DNA of 64,000 nucleotides from the sequence record MN655998.1; one strand, given 5' to 3'. The notes beneath the pieces were generated by a model, which made no database searches, was not told the origin of the DNA, and saw only the letters and a program-made list of their open reading frames with translations. The DNA comes from Escherichia phage E26. Position numbers and translations under genes: made by a program. Of the stretch, positions 17,469-25,851 are shown piece by piece. The number at the start of each line of letters is the position of its first letter. The first letter of the stretch is position 1.

Positions 17469-19520
17469 TTACATTTTAAATTTATCTGGCATTGCGTCTA
17501 CAGATACCAGATCAGCGATAAGCTGACGTAGAGTTGCCTTATCTGCTTTCTTACGTTCGGTTTTAGCTTCGCTAATGAAGCTGGAGAAAGACAGGTCAGA
17601 AGCAGGTTTAACAACACCTTCACGGATGAATGCATCACCGTCCGCGATCATCTCGCCAGATTCTTGTAATGCTGCCAGTTCATTTTTGTTCATAATATGT
17701 GCCTCAATGTAATAAGTTTCTTGTGAATCCGTCGATGCCGTAGCACGAGTTACCGTATCAAAGGATAACACAACACCGCGAGGAAGTAAAATCTCGCATT
17801 CTTTGTAAGCAAATGCTTTGTTACCTACTGGCAAGACAGGGATGTTTTCCGCGCCAGCAATGGAGAAAGCAACATTAGCGCCACCTTCACCGCGAGAGCC
17901 AGCCATAGAATCAACACCAGCAACGGCACTAGCCACGTTTGCATTCCAGCCGCCAAAAATGTTAGGTGCAAGGGAAGTGCTCACATAGTTTTTAAAGTAA
18001 AACGCTTTTTGCTTACGTGCAGTTTCCCACATTTGCGACCGGAAGTCCATACCACGATACAGAATAGTACCCGGATCAAGTTTAACTCCATAGTTGGAGA
18101 AGGCATTATCCAGTGCATCGCACATCTTGACCAATTCTTCTGGATCTGCGATGCCTTCAAACTCTTCCAGCTTACGATCAGTTAGGAAGTTGTTCATATT
18201 GATGTATGCTGCATCGGCATATTCGCTCAATACAAAACCTTCCGCGCCAGGCAGATCAAGATCAATATCTGCCATCATTTCACCCATGTTGCTAGCAATT
18301 GCTTCAAACATACCGGAAGCAACATTACGTAGGGCATCGGTTTTAATCTGTGTGATGTGACTACGCAGCATTTCAGCTTTTACATCTGCTGGCATAGACT
18401 GGTCTACTCGATCCATTGCCAGGGCGGTGATCTTGTTTTCGAATACTTCCTCGCTCATGATTTCTTTTAAGCGTTTGATTGATGCTGCGATAACTTCCGC
18501 AGACAACGGATCATATTGATCCTGAACTTTTACCAGTTCGCTTACTGCGTATTTTGCATCGGCTTCGCTTTCAAAAATAGTACGCATGAAACCATAGCGA
18601 GTGATAATATCACTTGTCCAGTCATTCAGAGAACGGGCGGTTGAACGTTCTAAGGCTTGACGATCAATCAGAGTATTAAACTGTTTCTTAGGTTCGGCTT
18701 CGGTGATATCTTCTTCTGGTTTAAGATTAATTTTTTCTGGATGATTCACGTAGTCGCTGTTATATGTCGCTTGAGTTTTCAGCATTTCTTCTTTAGTCAA
18801 ACGAGATTTAGCCGCTACGCGTTGTTCTGCTTCCGCGTTTCGTTCTTCTTCTGACACAAGACTAGCCGCATATGCCTCATCTTTAGTCAGAGATTCACCA
18901 GTAGCCTTAGATACCCAGCGATCACCTAAATCACTTTCTACTTTAGTGAACAAGGATTCATCAAGTTTAATCCCTTTAATCTTATCAATCGCCATCCCGC
19001 GACGCTTGACAACAACTAAAGCGATCTTTTTGCTGGTCATTACTTCCTGCTGGAATACTTCAAACTTCGGTGTACGACGCACCAAACGCTCTATAACGCG
19101 CTTAACCAGTTCGGTCTTACCTTTCATGCGGGATACGTTAAAACGGAACATAACAGCGTCTAATTGCGCTTTACGGGCTGTTTCCATAACCACATCAAAA
19201 GCACTTGCCATAACTGCAATCGGGTTATCGCCTAGACCATTTTTAAGCTGTACAATACGACCGCTTTTGTTCATTTCGCACAGTACAACATGTGCGGTTT
19301 TGTCACCCATACGAATGATTTTAGGTGTTTTGTTGGTGAAGTTACAAAGACGGACAATCACATCTTTATCGCGTGTCTGTACTGCAAAAAGCTGTTTAGG
19401 ATTCTGCTTAGGCTTTAAGCACTGTACCGGAGCAATACTGCCAAAGTTTTCTTCCTCTTCCGTCAACAGCCATTTCTCGAAAGATTCAATCATTAGATCG
19501 TCGATTTCTAAGTTAAACAT
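17469..19520 (-). CDS. alt: Alt ADP-ribosyltransferase
   Basis: 683 aa; ART motifs LYRGMDF, YVSTSL, ECEILLPRG; size and position as T4 Alt. Confidence 0.85.
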   Translation of the reverse strand: MFNLEIDDLMIESFEKWLLTEEEENFGSIAPVQCLKPKQNPKQLFAVQTRDKDVIVRLCNFTNKTPKIIRMGDKTAHVVLCEMNKSGRIVQLKNGLGDNPIAVMASAFDVVMETARKAQLDAVMFRFNVSRMKGKTELVKRVIERLVRRTPKFEVFQQEVMTSKKIALVVVKRRGMAIDKIKGIKLDESLFTKVESDLGDRWVSKATGESLTKDEAYAASLVSEEERNAEAEQRVAAKSRLTKEEMLKTQATYNSDYVNHPEKINLKPEEDITEAEPKKQFNTLIDRQALERSTARSLNDWTSDIITRYGFMRTIFESEADAKYAVSELVKVQDQYDPLSAEVIAASIKRLKEIMSEEVFENKITALAMDRVDQSMPADVKAEMLRSHITQIKTDALRNVASGMFEAIASNMGEMMADIDLDLPGAEGFVLSEYADAAYINMNNFLTDRKLEEFEGIADPEELVKMCDALDNAFSNYGVKLDPGTILYRGMDFRSQMWETARKQKAFYFKNYVSTSLAPNIFGGWNANVASAVAGVDSMAGSRGEGGANVAFSIAGAENIPVLPVGNKAFAYKECEILLPRGVVLSFDTVTRATASTDSQETYYIEAHIMNKNELAALQESGEMIADGDAFIREGVVKPASDLSFSSFISEAKTERKKADKATLRQLIADLVSVDAMPDKFKM

Positions 19521-19560
19521 TTTATATCCTCTAGTTGATAACCTATAAACCTATATTTAT

Positions 19561-19582
19561 GAAAAGGGGGCTTAACGCCCCC
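19561..19582 (-). terminator. Rho-independent terminator (minus strand)
   Basis: GGGGGC-TTAAC-GCCCCC hairpin with U-run on minus strand. Confidence 0.55.
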
Positions 19583-19587
19583 ATTTA

Positions 19588-19800
19588 TTATAATGCACCA
19601 TCGAGCAATTGCTCTAATGTGTATCCTGAATAGTCTTTTTCAATCAGGATATATTTTCCTACTCGTTTAATACAACCGCGCATTTCAACGTATTCTGCGT
19701 AGTTGATGGTGCGAGTTGTTCCATCTTCTAGCAAAGCAGTACCGATTTCGTTAATGCGGTCATAAGTTACGTCGGTAATGATGATTTCGATGTTAGCCAT
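19588..19800 (-). CDS. small hypothetical protein
   Basis: 70 aa; preceded by promoter cassette and SD; N-terminus MANIE shared with ORF 21684..21935. Confidence 0.55.
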   Translation of the reverse strand: MANIEIIITDVTYDRINEIGTALLEDGTTRTINYAEYVEMRGCIKRVGKYILIEKDYSGYTLEQLLDGAL

Positions 19801-19836
19801 TTGATACTCCTTAGTAGTTCGTTTCGGTATGGGTGT

Positions 19837-19865
19837 ATTATGATATACACCCTCTGTTATGTCAA
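19837..19865 (-). promoter_or_regulatory. PeSL-like early promoter cassette 1
   Basis: Minus strand TTGACA-N17-CATAAT; palindrome GGGTGTAT..ATACACCC across the -10. Confidence 0.55.
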
Positions 19866-19871
19866 CAACTT

Positions 19872-20051
19872 TTAGAACATTTTTGAAATTAATTCTGCTT
19901 TGATTTCGCAGAGAACATCTAAAGATTTCTCGTCACCCGCTTTTGCTGCTTCTGATTGCATTTTTGAAATGGCTTCAACGTAAGTGCAATTATAAGCCGC
20001 TTGAACTTTAGCGATTGCGATGATTGCCGATTCGATGGTTAAGTGTTTCAT
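19872..20051 (-). CDS. small hypothetical protein (59 aa)
   Basis: Manual translation MKHLTIESAIIAIAKVQAAY...; SD GGAGAATCAA; not in ORF track. Confidence 0.4.
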   Translation of the reverse strand: MKHLTIESAIIAIAKVQAAYNCTYVEAISKMQSEAAKAGDEKSLDVLCEIKAELISKMF

Positions 20052-20083
20052 GTTTGATTCTCCTTTCGTTTCGGTATGTGTGC

Positions 20084-20112
20084 ATTATAGGGGATCACCG
20101 ATCCCCTGTCAA
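20084..20112 (-). promoter_or_regulatory. PeSL-like early promoter cassette 2
   Basis: TTGACA-GGGGATCGGTGATCCCC-TATAAT; perfect palindromic spacer with two GATC sites. Confidence 0.6.
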
Positions 20113-20676
20113 CAACTTTTTTGAATTATTTTTTAATTGCTCATCTTGTAATAGAGCAATAACATGCTGGCGATGTTCTTCCGATTGAGGCACACCGAAA
20201 AAGTTTGTTTTGTAGAAATATTCTAATCGATCTTCTCGTGTGCTCTCTTCCATCATGATCGCGGGTAGTCCGAGATTTCGGAAACGTCGCTTTTCTGCTG
20301 GCGTAAAATCACTGTAATACAACATAGAATCATCATTACCAGCAATGCTAAACTCATCTTTCATAAAGGAGAATATTGCGTTTAAACGCTGTTTACCGTC
20401 CACGATTTCGATCTCATAGCGAGAGCCATCATCAATCTTAGCCATTGCGATAGCACCAACCGGAAAATCATTAATCAGGTTTTCGATAAACATACGTTTG
20501 TTTTCGGTGTCCCATACCAAAGGACGCTGATAATCTGGGTTCATGTTGATATAGCCATCTTCTAACCACGCCTCATAAACAGAGATGACAAAGTTTTTAG
20601 TATTGGTATAGTAACGGCGTTTAGGCGTTAAACGGTTCATGTTATAGTCTCCTGAATGGATCATCACGTAAATCAA
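20095..20676 (-). CDS. DUF262 (ParB-like / GmrSD N-terminal domain) protein
   Basis: 193 aa; signature motifs PDYQRPLVW and VDGKQRLNAI. Confidence 0.7.
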   Translation of the reverse strand: MIYVMIHSGDYNMNRLTPKRRYYTNTKNFVISVYEAWLEDGYINMNPDYQRPLVWDTENKRMFIENLINDFPVGAIAMAKIDDGSRYEIEIVDGKQRLNAIFSFMKDEFSIAGNDDSMLYYSDFTPAEKRRFRNLGLPAIMMEESTREDRLEYFYKTNFFGVPQSEEHRQHVIALLQDEQLKNNSKKLLTGDR

Positions 20677-20971
20677 TATCTTTTAAGAACTCATCCCATG
20701 AATGGCGGATATTGTTCTTAATTCTCCAGATAAGCGCAGGGATTGAACGCTCTCCCATCTGGAAGTAAGGATCATATGATCCATATGCCCAATATGCTAC
20801 TACAATTCCACAATCAGCGCAATAATATTCTATTTCACTTGCTGGCGACCAAAGTCCATCAATATGATCGGTGATCCTGCTTTCGATGTTATGGCTATGG
20901 CAATCAGGGCAACGGATGCAATGACCTTGTTTATCGTAATTTGACGTTAGCGAATACTTAAACAATCTCAT
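20642..20971 (-). CDS. zinc-ribbon protein
   Basis: 109 aa; CIRCPDCHSH and CADCG Cys pairs; overlaps both neighbours. Confidence 0.5.
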   Translation of the reverse strand: MRLFKYSLTSNYDKQGHCIRCPDCHSHNIESRITDHIDGLWSPASEIEYYCADCGIVVAYWAYGSYDPYFQMGERSIPALIWRIKNNIRHSWDEFLKDIDLRDDPFRRL

Positions 20972-21687
20972 TATAGATCCTTATTTGCTTCAAATACTGC
21001 CTTTGCGAATCCTCGCGGGGTAAGTGACCTTATAGTCTTTGTTTTCGTTCCTTTCCCGCCTAGCTTAGAATGCTGTTTACTGTACCCTTTATTAATCTGC
21101 AACGGTTTCTTTTCTGGCATTATAAAGCCTTGTCCGGTCCATAAGCAAGTCCTTTTCGGGTACATATCACGGGCGGCAATATACTCAGGAAAAGTAGGAT
21201 GTTTATCATCTTCCGGCAAATAACCGCCATATTCCCACGGATGGAACATATAATCAGGCTTACGCCACATGCTAGAGATAACGCTTACAGGATTCTCTAT
21301 CATGTAGGGAACTCCTAGCCATTCACCCAAATAAGCGGTTATTTTAGCTGCCCGTACATCATGAACTTGAATCAATGGTCCTTGCTCTCGTTTCTTTCGT
21401 TCAAAGTGTGCAGCGCCACTAACAGCTAAATTGGTGCACGGTGGGAATGCAAATATAATATCCGGTTTCCCCCATTCAAGGTCCATTGCTCTTTCTAGCC
21501 AGTTCAAATCAATCCATGTGTTTACATATGTAATGTTTGGATGTTCAAATCGGGTATTATATTTTTTGTATGTACCGTGGTCGCCATCGTCAGCATTAAA
21601 GCAGATCACCTTATGACCTGCTTTAGCCCATTCTAACCCCATTATCCCCGATCCGTCAAAGTTGCAGAATATTAATTTTTGTTTCAC
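20971..21687 (-). CDS. minimal C5-cytosine methyltransferase-like protein
   Basis: 238 aa; motif I-like FDGSGIMGLE, motif IV-like FAFPPCTNLAVSGA, motif VI-like MIENPV, motif IX-like RSLTPRGFAKAV in correct order and spacing. Confidence 0.6.
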   Translation of the reverse strand: MKQKLIFCNFDGSGIMGLEWAKAGHKVICFNADDGDHGTYKKYNTRFEHPNITYVNTWIDLNWLERAMDLEWGKPDIIFAFPPCTNLAVSGAAHFERKKREQGPLIQVHDVRAAKITAYLGEWLGVPYMIENPVSVISSMWRKPDYMFHPWEYGGYLPEDDKHPTFPEYIAARDMYPKRTCLWTGQGFIMPEKKPLQINKGYSKQHSKLGGKGTKTKTIRSLTPRGFAKAVFEANKDL

Positions 21688-21935
21688 GCTGCCCCCATTG
21701 GTTTGATAGTAACAGAATCTAAAAGACCTTTGTTAGCCAGTTCGCGGCAAGTTTTCAGATCCGCAACTTCCCAGCCAGCCGCAATCAGGTTATCAATCAG
21801 GCTGTTAGCAATTTCTTCGCTCATGAAAGAGCACTGTTTGCCGATGGTGTAGCGTACACGCTGTAATTTCAGTTTACGGAAGCCTTTAACGTTCAGGTCT
21901 TTAGCGATTTTCTTTGCGGTTTCGATGTTAGCCAT
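21684..21935 (-). CDS. small hypothetical protein
   Basis: 83 aa; preceded by promoter cassette and SD. Confidence 0.55.
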   Translation of the reverse strand: MANIETAKKIAKDLNVKGFRKLKLQRVRYTIGKQCSFMSEEIANSLIDNLIAAGWEVADLKTCRELANKGLLDSVTIKPMGAA

Positions 21936-21975
21936 TGTTTGATTCTCCTAAGTGGTATCTCGTCTTGATGGTTGT

Positions 21976-22004
21976 ATTGTAGGGGAGTTATCCTCCCCTG
22001 TCAA
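21976..22004 (-). promoter_or_regulatory. PeSL-like early promoter cassette 3
   Basis: TTGACA-GGGGAGGATAACTCCCC-TACAAT; palindromic spacer. Confidence 0.55.
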
Positions 22005-22018
22005 CACTTTTTATAAAA

Positions 22019-22186
22019 TTATTTGTTAATTTCCGGTGCGTTGCTTGGATAGTAACCTTCTTTAACTCCGAGGTATTTCGCAACCATCCCTACAATCTTC
22101 TGTGCTACTACAATGTCAAATTTCAGATAATCTTCACCGTAGGTTTCAATGATATATGCTTCACATGCTGCTTTAGTCTCGAACAT
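22019..22186 (-). CDS. small hypothetical protein (55 aa), paralog of 25287..25454
   Basis: Manual translation MFETKAACEAYIIETYGEDYLKFDIVVAQKIVGMVAKYLGVKEGYYPSNAPEINK; not in ORF track. Confidence 0.5.
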   Translation of the reverse strand: MFETKAACEAYIIETYGEDYLKFDIVVAQKIVGMVAKYLGVKEGYYPSNAPEINK

Positions 22187-22219
22187 TTTGATTCTCCTAT
22201 TTCGTTTCGGTATGTGTGT

Positions 22220-22248
22220 ATTATAGGGGATCTCCCGATCCCCGTCAA
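22220..22248 (-). promoter_or_regulatory. PeSL-like early promoter cassette 4
   Basis: TTGACG-GGGATCGGGAGATCCCC-TATAAT; palindrome with GATC sites. Confidence 0.6.
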
Positions 22249-22263
22249 CAACTTTTTTTAAAA

Positions 22264-22545
22264 TTATTCGTGATTAGTTTCGATGTTGTGCATTTTGCAC
22301 CAGTTCAGCCAATCGCCCAGTTCTTGATAGTTGATGCTTTTATCTGCTGCCATCGTTTTTGTCTTGATACCCATATGTGCGTTATGAGTAAGCATTTTTA
22401 CAGTGAACTCGATTTTATCGCCTTTAGCTTTAACATCAACCAGTTTGGTCCACTGGCTACCAGCACCGCGAATGTTCATGCCAACGATGTTTCCGATGTA
22501 TGCTTCTTTGTTTTTCAGGATTTCGGTTGCTTTGATGAATTTCAT
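22264..22545 (-). CDS. small hypothetical protein
   Basis: 93 aa; promoter cassette and SD upstream. Confidence 0.55.
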   Translation of the reverse strand: MKFIKATEILKNKEAYIGNIVGMNIRGAGSQWTKLVDVKAKGDKIEFTVKMLTHNAHMGIKTKTMAADKSINYQELGDWLNWCKMHNIETNHE

Positions 22546-22578
22546 TTTTGATTCTCCAGTTCGTTTCGGTATGGGTGT

Positions 22579-22607
22579 ATTATGCTATGTTCTTACTTTG
22601 GTGTCAA
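22579..22607 (-). promoter_or_regulatory. PeSL-like early promoter cassette 5
   Basis: TTGACA-N17-CATAAT. Confidence 0.5.
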
Positions 22608-22615
22608 CAACTTTT

Positions 22616-22885
22616 TTAGATATTTTCAGAAATAAATTTTAAAACTTGACGTAAATGTTTCTCATCTTTGATAGTCGCCGGAAGTTCTTCTTTTACTTCC
22701 TGTGCAAGATAGATATTTCCGTTCCAAGTGAAAGATCCGTCTTCGTTTACGCGATAGCTGAACATCCACTCGCAATCATTTTCGATTTCATATACACACA
22801 GAAGAGTGTAATCTTCAAAGCTATTGAGTTCAAGGTCGAAGCCGTGACGTTTTGCAAAGTTGGTAGTGGTTTTAGTCAGTGCCAT
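22616..22885 (-). CDS. small hypothetical protein
   Basis: 89 aa; promoter cassette and SD upstream. Confidence 0.55.
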   Translation of the reverse strand: MALTKTTTNFAKRHGFDLELNSFEDYTLLCVYEIENDCEWMFSYRVNEDGSFTWNGNIYLAQEVKEELPATIKDEKHLRQVLKFISENI

Positions 22886-22925
22886 TGTTTGATTCTCCTA
22901 AGTGGTATCTCGTTTCGATGTGTGT

Positions 22926-22954
22926 ATTATGCTATAGGCGTGTTCTGGTGTCAA
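22926..22954 (-). promoter_or_regulatory. PeSL-like early promoter cassette 6
   Basis: TTGACA-N17-CATAAT. Confidence 0.5.
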
Positions 22955-22978
22955 TTCTTTTTTTAAAATTTTATGCAA

Positions 22979-23004
22979 TAAAAAAGCCGACGCTAAGGTC
23001 GGCT
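22979..23004 (-). terminator. Rho-independent terminator (minus strand)
   Basis: AGCCGAC-GCTAAG-GTCGGCT hairpin; U-run on minus strand. Confidence 0.55.
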
Positions 23005-23011
23005 AATAAAA

Positions 23012-23320
23012 TCATTTAGACAAATAATCATTCTGTGCAATCCGGTCAGCATGTTCCGGCGTTACGTCAATTGCAATCACTTTAACGCGTGCTTTCTTGC
23101 GACCTGGGTTTTCTCGTAGCCAGTGCGTGTGACCGTACAAATTTTTATACTTTGATGCTTCTTCGAAGGTACGGATCGGACCTGGGTAATCAGCGTAAAG
23201 GATCTCTAGATCTTCGGTGATGTAAAAATATACATCGTAATTGCTGTTCTCTAGCTTAAGCAGAGACTTTCGGAACATTGGGAGATTTTCGCGGGTAAAT
23301 TCAAAGATATTATCTTTCAT
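23012..23320 (-). CDS. HxHW-AVDV family protein, copy A
   Basis: 102 aa from internal Met MKDNIFEF; motifs VYFYITEDL, HTHW, IAIDV; track N-terminus reads through the terminator hairpin. Confidence 0.55.
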   Translation of the reverse strand: MKDNIFEFTRENLPMFRKSLLKLENSNYDVYFYITEDLEILYADYPGPIRTFEEASKYKNLYGHTHWLRENPGRKKARVKVIAIDVTPEHADRIAQNDYLSK

Positions 23321-23343
23321 AGTATTATCCTCAATAGTTGGAT

Positions 23344-23366
23344 GAAAAGGGGGGCTTAACGCCCCC
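23344..23366 (-). terminator. Rho-independent terminator (minus strand)
   Basis: GGGGGGC-TTAAC-GCCCCC hairpin. Confidence 0.5.
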
Positions 23367-23371
23367 ATATA

Positions 23372-23659
23372 TTAAAACAGTCCTTCCTGTACACCGTAAT
23401 AGAGTTCGTCGCTGATAATTTCATTAATGCGACGGTGTGCATATTCCTGATTTGCGAAGTTGTCAGCAAGTTCTACTTTAGTTTCTCCGTCATGAGTCCA
23501 TTTAGTGATAACTTTACCATCTGCAAATTTGAAGTTGAACTCTTTAGCTACCGCATCGCGTACCAGACGTGCAAACTTATTGTTGCGGATTGCATTGTCG
23601 GTTTCGTGTGCAGCGTGAGCGAATTTGTTAACTTTCAGAGTGATAGTAATGTATGCCAT
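23372..23659 (-). CDS. small hypothetical protein (AKEFN motif)
   Basis: 95 aa; shares AKEFN-containing segment with ORF 26672..26983. Confidence 0.55.
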   Translation of the reverse strand: MAYITITLKVNKFAHAAHETDNAIRNNKFARLVRDAVAKEFNFKFADGKVITKWTHDGETKVELADNFANQEYAHRRINEIISDELYYGVQEGLF

Positions 23660-23705
23660 AATTTGATTCTCCTAGTTAGAAAGTGTATCTCGTTTCGATG
23701 GGTGT

Positions 23706-23734
23706 ATTATGCTATACACCCGACCTTATGTCAA
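23706..23734 (-). promoter_or_regulatory. PeSL-like early promoter cassette 7
   Basis: TTGACA-N17-CATAAT; palindrome GGGTGTAT..ATACACCC across -10. Confidence 0.55.
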
Positions 23735-23740
23735 CACTTT

Positions 23741-24019
23741 TTATAAAATAATTTTTTGATATTTTTCTATGATGTTCGTGTAAGTCACATCAACCGCTAG
23801 CACCGTTGCTTCGAATCCACCGTTTAGCCAATGGCTATGGTCATGATCGTGAAAGAAACCAAGACCAGTACGAAGACCTTCTTTATATTCTGCGCGTACA
23901 TTTAGATCATCATCGATAAACAGATAAAACCATGAATTTTTACTAGGATTGATGATACAACCTTTCAGATTAGGGAGAATATCACGACTAAGAATAAACT
24001 TATCACCTACTTTGAACAT
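23741..24019 (-). CDS. HxHW-AVDV family protein, copy B
   Basis: 92 aa from internal Met MFKVGDKF (SD GAGGA); motifs WFYLFIDDDL, HDHDHSHW, LAVDV. Confidence 0.55.
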   Translation of the reverse strand: MFKVGDKFILSRDILPNLKGCIINPSKNSWFYLFIDDDLNVRAEYKEGLRTGLGFFHDHDHSHWLNGGFEATVLAVDVTYTNIIEKYQKIIL

Positions 24020-24033
24020 AATATTTTCCTCAC

Positions 24034-24342
24034 TTATAAAGTTTGACCGTTGTTTTTCGCGTAATGCTGAATGCGTGCTTGATCTGCTTCCGCTGGTGAT
24101 AGATTCCATGCAACCACTACAACTTCTGACGCATCGTCATCCGTTTTTGATACCCAATGATTATGATTCATACAATTGTTTGCTATCGCGTGAGCAAATG
24201 ATTTCATCACTGGAGATGTATAATCATAGTAACGGATTTTCAGATTTTCATCAACATACAAGTAGATCGTATAAGGTTTATATTCAGTAACCAGTAACAG
24301 ACAGTTACGCAATTCTGGGAAAATCTTTTTAGTTAATTTCAT
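24034..24342 (-). CDS. HxHW-AVDV family protein, copy C (divergent)
   Basis: 102 aa from internal Met MKLTKKIF (SD GAGGA); motifs YLYVDENL, NHNHW. Confidence 0.5.
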   Translation of the reverse strand: MKLTKKIFPELRNCLLLVTEYKPYTIYLYVDENLKIRYYDYTSPVMKSFAHAIANNCMNHNHWVSKTDDDASEVVVVAWNLSPAEADQARIQHYAKNNGQTL

Positions 24343-24343
24343 T

Positions 24344-24565
24344 TTATAATCCTCGGTCGCGGCTATAGTACACGGTACGCCATACAATTTCATGTTTCGT
24401 GTCGCTCCAGCACACGATCTCATTTACTCTTAAATCTTTGTTATCAACAAAAGATGAACATTGTGACGTTTCTTTCATCATTTTATCTGCTGTTTTCTCA
24501 TCAAATACAGCACAGATTTCTTTATACACTCGATAATCTTTAAACTTGCTCATAATTAACACCAA
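24344..24565 (-). CDS. small hypothetical protein (MSKFKDY family)
   Basis: 73 aa; tandem paralog of 24556..24765; start may be the internal MSKFKDY Met. Confidence 0.5.
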   Translation of the reverse strand: MVLIMSKFKDYRVYKEICAVFDEKTADKMMKETSQCSSFVDNKDLRVNEIVCWSDTKHEIVWRTVYYSRDRGL

Positions 24566-24765
24566 TCAAGAGTTTTTGAAAACACATCTATCCATTGTTG
24601 AGTATATGCGGTTTCTTTCCATGATACAATACCGGTAGAATAATGGTTTTTGTTTCCAGAAAAGGACGGGCATTTTGATGCATCTTCCATCATCTTTTCG
24701 GCGAACTCTGGTTCGTATACTCGCAAGATCTGTTGATATGCTTTGTAGTCTTTAAATTTGCTCAT
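24556..24765 (-). CDS. small hypothetical protein (MSKFKDY family)
   Basis: 69 aa; MSKFKDYKAY...MMEDASKCPSF parallel to neighbour. Confidence 0.5.
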   Translation of the reverse strand: MSKFKDYKAYQQILRVYEPEFAEKMMEDASKCPSFSGNKNHYSTGIVSWKETAYTQQWIDVFSKTLDWC

Positions 24766-25030
24766 AATCGTTAACTACCTTATCAGCTTCTTTTATTGTT
24801 TTTACATCAACTGCGATAACCCGTAAAGGTTCGTCGTGGTTCCACCAATGATCGTGAATATCAGCTTGTGATTTATCACCAAAGGAATCACGAATATCAT
24901 TTTTACATTTATAGCTAATGTGACCGTCATAGTCAACATAAAGGTAATTATCGAAAATCGGCGTTTTTAAGATCATACCGAAAAATCTTTCTTTGTGTGT
25001 CTTATCCAGCGTTGCAGTAATTCGCATCAT
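24752..25030 (-). CDS. HxHW-AVDV family protein, copy D
   Basis: 92 aa; motifs YLYVDYDG, HDHWW, IAVDV. Confidence 0.55.
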   Translation of the reverse strand: MMRITATLDKTHKERFFGMILKTPIFDNYLYVDYDGHISYKCKNDIRDSFGDKSQADIHDHWWNHDEPLRVIAVDVKTIKEADKVVNDYEQI

Positions 25031-25042
25031 AATATATTCCTC

Positions 25043-25222
25043 TTAGAAAGGGATGGTCATTTCTTGAGCTTGTACATTCTCGTTAGGATTAAACTTCATC
25101 CAACCGATATTGTCTACCAGCATATGTACATTTTTATCATACCCTACGTGAGTAGTCAACACTAAATGTGCTTTACCTTCAACGATGATTTCCATGTACT
25201 TCTGAACTTCGATAGCTTTCAT
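25043..25222 (-). CDS. small hypothetical protein (59 aa)
   Basis: Manual translation MKAIEVQKYMEIIVEGKAHLV...; SD GGAGAATCAA; not in ORF track. Confidence 0.4.
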   Translation of the reverse strand: MKAIEVQKYMEIIVEGKAHLVLTTHVGYDKNVHMLVDNIGWMKFNPNENVQAQEMTIPF

Positions 25223-25254
25223 TTTGATTCTCCGTTTGTTGTCTTGATGGGAGT

Positions 25255-25283
25255 ATCTTACTACTCCCTTTAATCATTGTCAA
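25255..25283 (-). promoter_or_regulatory. PeSL-like early promoter cassette 8
   Basis: TTGACA-N17-TAAGAT; palindrome GGGAGTA..TACTCCC across -10. Confidence 0.5.
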
Positions 25284-25286
25284 CTA

Positions 25287-25454
25287 TTATTTGTTAATTT
25301 CCGGTGCGTTGCTTGGATAGTAACCTTCTTTAACACCCAGATATTTTGCAACCATTCCGGTGATCTTCTGTGCTACTACGATATCGAATTTCAGGTAGTC
25401 TTCACCGTGGGTTGCTACAATGTATGCTTCGCATTCTGCTTTAGTCTGGAACAT
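25287..25454 (-). CDS. small hypothetical protein (55 aa), paralog of 22019..22186
   Basis: Manual translation MFQTKAECEAYIVATHGEDYLKFDIVVAQKITGMVAKYLGVKEGYYPSNAPEINK; not in ORF track. Confidence 0.5.
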   Translation of the reverse strand: MFQTKAECEAYIVATHGEDYLKFDIVVAQKITGMVAKYLGVKEGYYPSNAPEINK

Positions 25455-25488
25455 TTTTGATTCTCCTATATCTCGTTGGTATGTGTGT

Positions 25489-25518
25489 ATTATAGGGGAT
25501 CTCCCGATCCCCTGTCAA
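25489..25518 (-). promoter_or_regulatory. PeSL-like early promoter cassette 9
   Basis: TTGACA-GGGGATCGGGAGATCCCC-TATAAT (18-nt palindromic spacer with GATC sites). Confidence 0.6.
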
Positions 25519-25526
25519 CAACTTTT

Positions 25527-25835
25527 TTATTCTTCATCTTCATTTTTATCTTTATATGCGTACTTCATAAATTTGTCTGCTACTTTGTCCGCGTTTTCAG
25601 GTTCTACGTCTGACGCTAGGACAACAGCTAGTTCGGTTTTGTCGTTTCCATCATACCAATGATTATGAGTGTCGTTTTCTTTGATATAAAACGAATCATT
25701 TGGAGTTGTGCGACAATATACGTCTAAATTCCCATCGATATAAAAGATCCAATCCGAATACAAAATGATTGTTTTAGCCAGATTTTTATTGTCTCTTACA
25801 AAAGGTTCCGCGACAAATAGCTTAGTTTGTTCCAT
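25527..25835 (-). CDS. HxHW-AVDV family protein, copy E
   Basis: 102 aa from internal Met MEQTKLFV (SD GAGGAAA); motifs IFYIDGNL, THNHW, LAVVLASDV. Confidence 0.55.
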   Translation of the reverse strand: MEQTKLFVAEPFVRDNKNLAKTIILYSDWIFYIDGNLDVYCRTTPNDSFYIKENDTHNHWYDGNDKTELAVVLASDVEPENADKVADKFMKYAYKDKNEDEE

Positions 25836-25851
25836 AGTAATTTCCTCAAAA

